From Paraspadella gotoi (taxonomy: Eukaryota; Animalia; Chaetognatha), in the NCBI GenBank assembly GCA_051294375.1, contig CM119266.1, positions 19,020,087-19,084,086 of the forward strand: a stretch of DNA of 64,000 nt, in the 5' to 3' direction. Positions within the stretch are counted from its first letter, which is position 1; each line of letters begins with the position of its first letter. The notes under the pieces were generated by a model. The model had not been told where the DNA came from and made no database searches. It saw only the letters and a list, made by a program, of their open reading frames with translations. This document shows positions 13,251-24,900 of this stretch, one piece after another. Position numbers and translations under genes: made by a program.

Positions 13251-14254
13251 AACCGAGACTAGAGACTAATTCAAATTTAATTGCTTCTTTCACTTTATTG
13301 GCATCTTCTAAAAAAATTTTAAAAAAAGCTTTTTATTCGTTTCAAAGTAATAAAACTTTTTTTAACTTGCCCCGTGACAGCTGAGTGCTGGGGTAAAGAG
13401 AAGAATAAGAAGACGCGATAGTAAAACAAAAGATACATATGTAATTTTGTTTATATATAGAATTGGTTAAAACGTAGCTAGATATAATCATACGAGAATA
13501 AAATCGCTTTCTCCACTAAGTGTTCTACTTATTTCCTACTAAGCTAACACCCATTATAATTTCCATTACCAAGAGATCACTTCCTGATTGAAAAACTAAA
13601 AAACTTATAGGATTGCTATTTTTTTTATTTTTGAATTAGTTGTATAGCCTCTTAAAGATTGCGGTTTTTCGGAGCAAGTGGGTTCCGTCTAGTAGAACGG
13701 GATTTCGAGGCGATAAATTTAAAATTTTTTTATCCTTAGTACAAATTTCGTGTTACATATCCGTAAGATGCTGGCCTAAAGATGCCGCAGAAAAGAATGT
13801 CCCGAGCATTTTGGCTTTCCGTTTTAAAAAACAAAAGTCTCCGTAAACTGGAACATACTTGAAAAACGTTCAAGCCAACAATGTCAAATATGTTCACGAT
13901 AATTTAGCGGAAAGCAGCTAAGTCATGATATATCTTACAAGTTACTGGTTTTTATTTATTTTTTTTTTAGTATTGCGTATTGTATATTTTATTCTAGGTT
14001 CAAATATTGTTTTTGGTTGTTATTATGATTTTACTTAAAAGGGGTTGTCCTCGCCTTCATATAAACATTATCGTTGGTCTTCTTTCCTACCTCTATTTAT
14101 ATTTTTTCGTTCTTTTTTTTACTTTCTTTCTTCTAAGAATTTTTCCCTTCCTTTCATTATTCATTCTTTTTTTTTTCTTTTTAAAATTTTTAATCATGAG
14201 TTATTCTCATTTTTTTTTTAGCCTCATCTGCGTATCGCATATTCCAAGTTTCCA

Positions 14255-14545
14255 ACTCTATAATCGGCTCTCTTTTTCGAGAGTGTCATTTATTTTCATT
14301 TATCCCAGAATTTATTTTAATCTTAATATTTAACTTAAAAATATTATCAAACTTACAAACTAATCTTTAACTCTAATTCAAACACTAAAGCCTTTCTAAA
14401 CCTAATCTAACCCTAAACCCTATCCGTAACTCAAATCCTTAATCTTAATCATAAACCAAATCCCCAATCTCAATCCCTAACCTAATTCTTAACCCTAGGC
14501 CTAACCTCTGACTTAATTTTTAACTTATAAAACTAACCTAATTCT
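14255..14545 (-). repeat. Dispersed repeat carrying a degenerate TTAGGG-like hexamer array (related arrays at 5556-5590, 56040-56370, 58325-58640)
   Basis: Hexamer runs resemble (ccctaa) or (ttaggg). Three of the arrays have a shared flank (gcttttggaaaagagag-like) at 56351, 58621 and, reversed, at ~14265. Confidence 0.55.
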
Positions 14546-17400
14546 GAATTTAAGAAAAATTGGGCGTTCTGAAGATATTAGGCTTTATAATTCAGTCTTT
14601 CAATCCTATGTCCTAATAATTTAGGTTATCTCATAACCTTTAATTATAATAACTTGTGCAAAAGAAATTATGTCCATCTGTCTGTCCGTCTGTTCAAAAT
14701 TTGTTCCGAGGGAAAAAAGTATGTAATTGATAGGAAAAAAATTGTCCATGGAATCGTGCAAGTAGAAATTAGTTTAAATAGAAAAAGCAAAAGACAGTAG
14801 GACACTTAGATATTTTTTATGCAACAATAATACCTATTACAATCCTAATAATCACAAGAACCACTATTACCACAACCAGAAAATCTTTAAATACTGTAAA
14901 AATTTGAAGAATGGTAGGATTTTTATGTTCCATAATATTATTAAACTAACAAGATTCCCAGTCTGCATTTTATAAGTCAAGGCAAAATGTGATTTAATTT
15001 TAGAAAGTATTTACTATAAAATACATAATTTTATTATTTTTTAGCAATTTTATTATAATTTTATTTATTTTTTAGAAACTTTATAAATTCTTTTTCATAC
15101 TCTGTATATATTGTAAAATTTTTATATTGTAAATTTAAACAGTAATATTTAAACCTTTATATAATTTTTTAGCTGAATCAACTACAAAAGCTAGGAACTT
15201 ATTTAACTCTGATTTTAGGCTAAATGGGGAGTTGTTGGAAAATATGGCCAAACTTTAATGAATTTATTCTTATGAAAAAATATAAAAGGAGAAAGGTAGA
15301 ATATTAAGTTATTGTTGTAGTAAAAATTTTATTAAAACTTAATTTTATCTAAAAATTTAGCTTTACGAAATTTTTATAAAATTAAACTAATTATCTAAGA
15401 ATCCTCAATGCGTTATTAAAAATTCAAAACAGCAACAAATACATATATTATTCGATAATTTAAGTTTACTCTTAAAAATCTTTTCAAAATTTGTTTTACT
15501 TACCTTTCAGAAATTTGAATAAGTCAAATGACGAGTCAAAAATAGAGGAAATTAAATATAAGAAATACGGCTATGATATTCATAAACAACCTATTGAAGA
15601 AATTAACTATAGCTCTGGTATGCTGTACAATGCGCGCGCATAAAAACGATTAAATATTTTCAAAATGTCAACACCATGTAGTTACAGAAAAATTCACTTT
15701 GTTATATTGCGTCTAAAATTATTAAAACTGTTTGCCAAAAGATCAGAATATTTCTGAAGATTGACTAACATTGCCATTTGTCTTCGAAACATCTGCCAAA
15801 TGTTCTCACCAAAAAAAAAACAAAAAAAAACTCGACTTCGCCCTTACCGATTTAAGAAAACGAAAGTTGTTTATACGAAAATGTATGTCTACAGAATGAT
15901 GTTTTTGATTTGATCTTAAAATAAAAAAAATCAATTCAAAACTTTTTTAATTATAAAAATCCATGGTAAAAAGTTTTTCGTATCAAAGAAAATACAAATA
16001 ATTATGAAATATTGTTTATTCTTTATTCAGAGATATCAAATTGATATTGTTGTGGCGAATCATAAATTTGCCTCCCGTATAGCTCTGTGAAACTCAGCAC
16101 GTTCAATTGGCTTGGACAGCTAACTACTCGTTCACTAACCTTGACTTCCGAGTTTAATCTCATCACTAATCGCTTATATTACTACTAAAATTATACTGAG
16201 GCGGCCTGTCTCGAAGAGCTGAATAATTTTCTGTCTGAGATAAAAACGCGTATAGTAGTAGTATCTTCTTCAAACACGAATGTGTATTCTCTCATAAAAC
16301 ATCGTTTTTATGTCTGTATGTATGTATGTATGTATGTATGCCCGATCTGGAGGCATGCCGCAAAAACATTACGAAATAAAGAGAAAATATGCCCGGACAA
16401 AAACTGACAAAAGGATGACGCAATATCTACAAAAATGACATCTTGCATCGCGAGAGAAAAACTAAAGATAGGAGCCGACGAAGGAAAAGTTCGTTTGTAA
16501 TCAGCATCTTCAATGCATTTATTTTAAATAAGCAATTTTGCCCCTGACTTTGGACAGGCTTTGTTGGGTTAAGGCCTACATTCCTCTTAGAAGAAAATGG
16601 CATCGCAAGTCCCTGCAAGATTTAAATCATGACTCTCTCTCACATAGTACCTGGTTTCACTATCAATGAAGTGGTATAATTTTTCAAGGAACGTTTCAAT
16701 TGTATAAAAGGACCGCTCGATTCAGTATTAGTAAGGGTACATAACTATCATATCCTTATATGAATAGATAAAAAAAAGAAGCATATAATTTTCATCTTCC
16801 CGTTTTAAATTTAAAAGTTCAGAATGAACTTATTGTATATTATAAAAACAAGATCAGGCAAATTCAACAGTAACTTTGAGTTAGTAAGTTTGAAACAGAT
16901 TCAAAAGAAGTACCTTATGCATCAATTATTCAATATGGCACTAAATATGCCGCAATTGCTGCATTAACTTTTAATGGCGTGACCAGCATCCCCATAATTT
17001 TACTAAACAAGCATTAAGTTTTTAATTTGTAATAATAACCTTCAATTAGCTCCTCCGATGAAAAAATCTAAATTAAAAAAATATTATTAATATTCTAATT
17101 TATAATTATATGGTACTCGGTTAATTTAAAATGGCTTCCAGGCCTCCCTCTCTATTTAAAACTGGAGTTTGCATATTAAGGCGGAACAAGGTAAAAACTA
17201 AGAGTTCTGTAACATAAATAACGATAGAGCATCCCTGTGGGATAACGAAATTTTAAAAAAATTAAGATTTTATGTAGAGTTATAACTTATAACATATAAG
17301 CATTTAAAGTTTATCGTATTACTAAAAATATTTTTTATCCAATTCAGGTTCGGTAGAGCTTGAAAAAATATATAAAAAATATTATTACAGGAAATTAAAG

Positions 17401-17577
17401 AAATTAAAGACAAAGTCTTGATACATCAACGATTTTATTTTTATTGTTCAGACAAGTTTCGGCTTTCATTCAAGCCTTCATCAGTGCTTTTGAATGAATG
17501 AAGGCTTGAATGAAAGCCGAAACTTGTCTGAACAATAAAAATAAAATCGTTGATGAATCAAGACTTGTCTTTAATTT
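17401..17577. repeat. Near-perfect ~175-bp palindrome, probably a Penelope-like-element terminal-repeat derivative
   Basis: Arms aaattaaagacaa...caagccttcat / atgaaggcttg...ttgtctttaattt are reverse complements. Confidence 0.9.
17451..17484 (-). ncRNA. Minimal type I hammerhead ribozyme core
   Basis: Minus strand reads CTGATGA-A-GGCTT-gaatga-AAGCC-GAAAC-TT-GTC, followed downstream by AATAAA. Confidence 0.6.
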
Positions 17578-17991
17578 CAAATACCTCAAAACATAACGAA
17601 ACAAAGTTTAATCACAATGTCTACAGGATTTCTAAATTTTTCTGTTTTATTGGTAAAAATTAGAAAAAATAAAAAAATCATGGTATGATTATGCAATATG
17701 CATAATCATAATATGATGATTATGAGTTTTATAGGGTTTTTCCCTTATTTGATCTACTTATCATCGAAATATTGGAAAACTCATTATACTTTGTGTAGAC
17801 AACTTTTTATGGGCTATCTGAAACAAAATAAATTTTTCGTTGCCTTGATAAATATTTAAATGCTTCAATGTTATACTGTGCTTCACTAGTTCAAAAATTC
17901 ATAGTAAATATTCATTAAGTTTATGATAGACCAATTAATTTTATATTACAGAACTCCTTATGATAAAAAGTAGCAATTTTGGCCCGCCTTA

Positions 17992-19111
17992 CAAGGTGAC
18001 ACACGACAACCCGCCACTAGAAAAAAAATCGTTATTGCAAACCTGTAAAAATTTTTTAATCTAAAATATTTTTTCTGTAGTAAAAACCAAAATAAATATT
18101 TTATCTAAATTTCATATTGATTGGTTATGATTTGACTTGGCAATTAGCGGGAAAAAATTGCTTTTATTTTAAAACTCAAATCTTTTTTTCAAATTTTTTT
18201 GTGAAATTGGTACAACCAATATAAAATTATCCATTCATTTAATAAATAAGCTATCTTGCCCCTGACTTTGGACAGGCTTTGGTGGTTTAAGGCCTCCATC
18301 ACTCTTACAAGATAATGACATAGCAGGTCCCTGCAAGTTTTCAATCAAAACTCTTTCACAGTCTCGTTTAATCACTCCCAGAGTACCTGGCTTCCCTATC
18401 AATGAAGTGGAAAATATTTCAAAGAATGTTTCAATTGTATAACTTTCTAAACATTTTTTAAAGAACTTTTATATAAAAAAGTAACAATATTAATATCTTT
18501 TAAAAGCTTTTGAAAATTTGAAGAAAATGACATATTTGAGAATATTATAATATGAAAATAAGCCTAACCAGCTTTAGTTAAATCAAGGTAATCAAAATTG
18601 AAATAATTAAATCTTAAAATATATTTTATGATCTAACCAATTATTGTTTATATAAGTATCATAAAAAAGCTTTAAAAAAACTAAATTAAAATGGCTAACA
18701 ATAATTTAAAAATTATTCCAAAACTGCTTTTTTTTTCAATCTGTTTTTTCAACTTCCTAAATATTTAAAAAAAATTATATAAAAAGGAATTATTATTAAT
18801 ATCTTCTGAAAGCTCTTAAAGATATTAAGTAAATGGCATAATTGAAAATACTGTAATATAAAAATTAGCCTATCCAGCTTTAAAAGTCAAAAAAGATAAT
18901 TATAACTAAGATAATTATTAAATAAAAAATTCTGAAAGACCGATTTTGAAGAAAACTTTTCTACGCTCATTGCAAGTCAAATCAAAACTAATCAATATGA
19001 AATTCGGATATAAAAATGATTTTGGTTTTTACTTTAGAAAAAATTCTTTAGTTTAACAAGGTTTGCAAATGACGATTTTTTTTCTAGCGGGGGTTGTCGT
19101 GTGTCACCATG
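17992..19111. mobile_element. TA-flanked MITE (Tc1/mariner-type ends) with a nested repeat
   Basis: ta|caaggtgacacacgacaaccc ... gggttgtcgtgtgtcaccatg|ta. The inverted similarity extends more than 150 bp inward. Confidence 0.8.
18204..18440. repeat. ~240-bp dispersed repeat family ('cccctgactttggacagg'). Other copies at 16520-16705, 42621-42793+43548-43594 (reversed, interrupted) and 49614-49750; fragments at 30476, 42506 and ~57000
   Basis: Near-identical blocks aaattggtacaaccaatataaaattatccattcattt...gcccctgactttggacaggc...ttaaggcct recur across the window. Confidence 0.9.
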
Positions 19112-19242
19112 TACTGCATATTAAGGCGTAGCTGAAAGTTACATAGCGAAAATTTCTAAAAGTCTTAATGAACAACGATACGGCATCTAGTAACAATAAT
19201 TTGTTAAAAAAAAAAAAAATTAATTTTATATGTTTTTAATTT

Positions 19243-19641
19243 CGCAGTAAGGCCTAATATTTATAAATATAGTACTAACTTATAAAAGATTCGAAATATT
19301 CAAAAATAGTGGTCTTTTCTTAATTTTGATTGCAGGGATGAATTCGCTCGTCAAAACAGTTGACATAAAAAATATAAACAATTTTTAAAAATTCTTTTCA
19401 TTAAGGGGTTAAAATTAAAAAAACTATATTTAATGTGGAAAAATAAATTTCAGCTTACAAATATAGCTTTTCCTCATTTTTGACCCCTTAATGAAGGAAT
19501 TTTCATAAGAGTTATATTCTCTATTTATCAACGTTTTCTATGACGAATCCAATCTGCAACAAAAATTTTACAAAAAACTGTTTTGGAAAATTTTAAACAT
19601 TTATTCGGTTTAGTACTGAGTATTAAATATGGCCTACTGCG
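19243..19641. mobile_element. MITE-like inverted-repeat element
   Basis: cgcagtaaggcctaatatt...agtact / agtact...aatatggcctactgcg, with an inner inverted pair ttcattaagggg / ccccttaatgaa. Confidence 0.6.
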
Positions 19642-20649
19642 CTAAATTGTAAAATTTATTATTAATGTTTTTATTACATAAATGTTCATTGAATATATAT
19701 GTTTTCGTTCCTCACTTTTAGAATTTTGAATTAAAGTTTAAATTTAGAAATTTATCCTACGGCCTTACTGCATATAATTATTCACGAATGAATAAAATTC
19801 TTAATTTAAACAGATAGAAGGACAGATGAAAACGGAATATAAGTTTGTATAAATTTCACCATGAATTATACAATATACATATCTTAATTAAAGACTTTAA
19901 ATTAGACTTTTTTTACCTAAAAATTCTGGGTTCATGTACAAAAGGGAGAACGCGAGCGCGCGGGAAGGAAGACAGAGCGAATCGGGAGAAAGAGAGCGAG
20001 AGCGAGAGCGAGAACGAGATCGGAAGCGGGAGCGGGAGCATGAGCTGTCCACGTGATAGAGCGAGCGAGAGGCAACGATGGCACGAAACATGGTTGGCTT
20101 GGATGCGCAAGTGAGAGAAAGAGGGGCATGAGCTTATTCCGAACGTTCGTAGCGACCTCAAACATACTAATACATATACAAAGATCAACTGGACTGATCC
20201 TTAAGAAATCAGTTGCAACACGTAGTTCAAAGAAAATTAACTGTTCTTTTAATTAAATGGCTGCAAGAAGAGGAAATCTATGTACTTCAATGAGATAAGT
20301 CAGAATTCTCATTTGAGAACTTTTTAAAATGACACTTCATACTTTTCTGACTTGTCCAGGGTTAATTATTAAGTTAAAGATTAAGCCATGATAATTTTTA
20401 AAGGTAATTCATACAACAATATAAATGAAGAAACAAACGTTATTGTAACTTTTCTTATGAGTTTGAGTTTACTTCTCAATGGTTATTGCTATAAAAAAAT
20501 TTTTCAGGTTATAAAAAGATTTAAAATTTAATTTTGTTTACCAGATTATGCATATTATTAATCCTGTTAATGTTTATAATTTAATTTATAGCTCATTTCA
20601 ATTTTATATCTTGCTTCGACGGTGGATTAAAATCTATAAGCCGTTTACA

Positions 20650-20810
20650 GCGGTCATTGGAGCCGAAGGCAAATCATTTGCTTCCTAATCAAAGGTCCGG
20701 GGATCTAAATCGCATGTTGCCCCCCAACTTGGGGCCCAAGCCTTCCAGTGGTATGGGCTTGTAGAGTGGTATTACAGCCTGATTCGTAAGACTCTTACTA
20801 AGAGCCGGGA
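20650..20810 (+). mobile_element. Degenerate tRNA-derived SINE related to the 6222-6432 copy
   Basis: The head gcggtcattggagccgaaggcaaatcat...gtccggggatctaaatc aligns with gctgcctcaatggcagagcaggctaaatcat...gtcccgggttcaatc. Confidence 0.4.
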
Positions 20811-21936
20811 TTTTTTATTTTAAGAACGGTTTATCAATTAATTTATATACATGTAAATAATTTTGTCTTCCACCGAAAACAGTAACAACAACAAAGCAAC
20901 AAAGCATCGGTTGTCGGCTGATTATGGAAAAGATTTCCTACTTTAATCTCTCGTTCCAGTTTTAATACACCCTAAGTCATTCCCTGTATCAAACGACTTC
21001 TTTAAATTAATTATTGATTAGTCAGTGTGTTAGTAGGCGAGTTATTTTTCGCTTTTTAATTTATAATTAATAAATGTATTCATTGATTATATATATTATT
21101 AATTATATATTAGCTCGTATGCTTCCGCCTTTAGTTTTACGGTTTGCAGTCATTTCGCGTTGACGCTCTCTCAGCAGAAGAGGCAATGATCCATACTGCT
21201 CGATTGGAATCTGACCAATGGGCGACGAGGATCTAAACTCTTTAGCCAATCGACGTTTTGAGCGAAAGAGGACGACGTGGAACGAGGAAAATCAATGGGA
21301 CTGCCTCCTCCTGCTCCTCCTCATGCTCTTCCCCCCTTCCTCCTCCTCCTCCTCCTCTGCATTTGCTTTTCAATTTCTCCTTTGGACATTTCCACTTCAT
21401 TCCTTCCTTCCCTTTCACCCTCCTCACTCCTCACTCCTCTCTCCTCGTTCTTCACTCCTCGTTCCTCCTTTTGACTTTACACTTCATTTTCGCGTCTCCT
21501 TCCAAAGGTTCGAATCGTCACAACCAGTTCCCGTGTCACAGAAATCATCACAACAATTCTCATCGTCAATTTTCGGTGGGGGCCGTCTTAAGACATTTGG
21601 TCTAATTTCTTGAGTGGAATTGACCTCCGGATCCGCCTCATCTCCCGCATAGATAGGACCCCCGCTTCGTCACCGAAACTCTTACCGACGAGAAAAAAAC
21701 AAAATGTAATGAGAAAGTATTCCAGCTTCCTTTTTGTGACTACCGTATTTTTACCTCTTTCGTTTTGAAGCCGGAAGGGACCACAGAAAAGTTCGCTCAC
21801 CCTCTTTTCTCCGAATTTAAATGCCGACCAGTCTGGGACGGCGGCGCACGCAAGACTCTTCATCAAGAAAAACTGGCAAATTAGGAAAGTTTTTTGTTTT
21901 TTTCGAACTCGCGAAAACTTCGTCGAAAATCCAAAC

Positions 21937-24900
21937 ATGGACAGCCCATACCGTCCAGTTCCAAAGGCTACCAACGCAGAAACTTTCTCTGGAATACCCG
22001 AAGAGGAGAACGCCACTGCTAATGTTCGGCCAACCAGGTCTTTGACCAGCAGTAGCAGAGGTAGCAGCGGCAGGAGTTCCAGTGGAGTCGATCTTGACTT
22101 GCCTCCTTCGGTCGAAGAAGCAAAGGTGGCTCATGTCGAGAAGAAAGCCTTGGAAACTGAGACAGATGCCGACCCCGAAGACGAGGCCGCCGAGGATGGT
22201 GAGCTTACATTTAGTACTTTTTCCAAGCATTTACTTGTATTTTTTAATGTTTTGTGAACCGTTCTGTTTAGTTTGAATGGCCCAAACTCGGCCAGTTAAT
22301 AACTTCTTTTTAGATGCGAATTGTTAACCTAAATACCTCAACCTTAACCCCAAAAGATAACCCGGTAACCCACTCTTCTTTTGACTTTCGAATTCTAACT
22401 GTAAACTAACCAATTTGATTATAACATTTATGAAACTATAAAAAAATATCGTTTTAGAACGATTTTCTTTAAACCATTACCACTGTTTGATTGTCCTATA
22501 TTTATTCGGGGGGGGGGAGTAAACGGCAACAGAACGCGGAATGAAACATAATTATAAATTATGTTTTAGTCGCAATTGGTAGTTAGCGATAATGTGACAA
22601 AAGCCATTGTGATTGTCGTTGTCGTCTTTGTCATCTTTCCTCTTTTTCTATCCCCTGAATTATTATATAAAACTTATATAAAACTGAAAAACACTATCGA
22701 GCGTCTTTTTAGTTGCGCCGCTAGTACTCGCATGTCGGTCAAAAATATTAAGTCATGCTTCATTTTTCATGCTTTTGTTGTCACGTGACCTGATCACGGT
22801 AACCTTATCACATATCACATATATTGTGTAATATTTGGTTGTTTGATTTTAAACTTTCCAGATAAGTTTAACTAATGTAGAGCTATAGCGGCTATCGCCT
22901 TTGATGTTCTGCTCCTCTTACCGATTGGCGTTAGGGGGTTCGGACCCTCAGTGACCGTCTCTTGTTTATAATAGCACTCTCTTGCGCTTGCCAGGATTGA
23001 GAAAAAGAAAAAAGAGAAGAATAAAAAGAAAGAAAGAAAATAAGTTTGAGCAAACAATGTCGGATCTGCCTACGATAATTTAGCGGTAATCACGATTAAT
23101 CACGATAATTCTTTCAATTTGTGATCCTAACTGATTATAACAGATCGTACCATACCAAACCAGTGGCTGTGCCAATACATGTTAATCGTTTGCAAGGGAT
23201 TAAACTGAACTGTTAGTATAATAAAAATAAAAATAAATAAAGTACAAATAATATTTTTAATTATTATTATTTTTTTAACTTTCATAATTTTTTTAACTTC
23301 CATAATTTATTCATCTTCCATTTTTTTTAACTAGCTCCATTTTTTCAACTCACATAATCTTTTTAATTTGAAGCATTTTTTTAACTCAAATCATTTTTTT
23401 AACTTGCATTATTTTTTTAATTGTATTATTTTTTATTTTAATTAATTAATATTAATTAACAGTATACATAGTTTTGATAGAATCAAAGGGTGGAAATGTA
23501 CTTGTATGGAAAAAACCAAAGTCAAGTTGAATAGAATTTTAATTATTTATGCATTGAATGATTTTTTCCATTCAAATTTATTTTCATTCCTCGATTCTAT
23601 CGAAACTTTATATATCTTGTTCAATCGCACACTTTCTTACCCACACACAAAATTTGATCTCAATCTATCCATCCAATTCTGATTAATTAGAGTAATTATG
23701 GGTTAAAATTAGTAAAAAGATTCAAGGAAATGCTTATCAGCAGATCCCGACTCTATAATTCACTTTGTCGGTCCATCGATCTGCCCCCTCAATATTGTCG
23801 GGCACACACTTATATCATATCAGAACATAGAATTATAATAAATTATGCAAAAAAAATGATATCTGTCCGTCCCACCTTAGTAAAAAACACTAATTACTCG
23901 TGATTGGATTTGTGTGTGGGTAGGGAAGTATGTGGTTGAGCTGGATATGAAGTTTCGATGAAATCGTCCAAGTGGAAATGAGTTTAAATTGAAAAAACAA
24001 AAACATATATTTCACTATTTGAACACCAATTGCTCATGAGTGGATGGGGCGATTGACCTTGAATTTTGTATGTGGGTAGGAAAGTGTATGATTAAGCTGG
24101 AAATCAAGTTTTGATGGAATCGTCTGAGTGGAAATGAGTTGAAATGGAAAAAACCTGTTTCACCAATTGATTATGCTTCTTATTCCTTTCATATTAAATA
24201 TAAATGCAGGATGTATTAATTAATCAAATAATTAATCAATTAGTAAATTCATTAATCAATAATTAATTAATCAGTCAAACAAGTCTATTTCTTATCGGCA
24301 TTATTAATTATTTAATTTGAATAATTTAATAATTAATTACCGATATTGATCGTGGGCAGATCCGACATTGTTTGCTCAAACTTGTTTTCATTTAAACTTA
24401 TTTCCACTCACACGATTCCAACAAAATATATCCAGCTCAATCACTTACTTTCTTCCCCACTCATAAAATTTTATTCCAATCCAACCATCCAATCATAAGT
24501 AATAAAAGTTTTTTGCTAAGTGGGGACGGACAGACATCTTTTTTTATATAATTTATCATAGTTTGATTTGGGGGGTGGAATTTGCGATTATCAGATCCGA
24601 CTAAAAATAAATAATAAATATAAATTTAACATAAGCAAAAAAATAAAATAACAATAATGTTTGAACTCTAAGAGAACCGCTGCATGAATGTTGTTGCTCT
24701 GAAAGCTGTTTTCTAGTCTAAAGTGATAAACGACTAAATTTCTGTCACTCATTTGATAATCGCTTTAATACAGAAAAGCTTTTATTTAATCTGCTAATTC
24801 CAAAAAAAAATTATCATTTTCATAAATTTTTTTTTTCTTTTTTATTTTTTCAACAACTTAAACAATTAATTTCAGTTCATTTTCCTTTTTATTTAAGGTC

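Noticed and set aside
19845-21613. ORFs over the GA-rich and CT-rich islands upstream of the SLC6 gene
   Set aside because: They are low-complexity with no domain. They are more likely promoter or 5' UTR sequence (CCAAT-like boxes at 21202-21250), which I cannot confirm.
23041-24390. Single TIR transposon
   Set aside because: Internal motifs show two oppositely oriented copies of the DINE-like element, not one element with TIRs.
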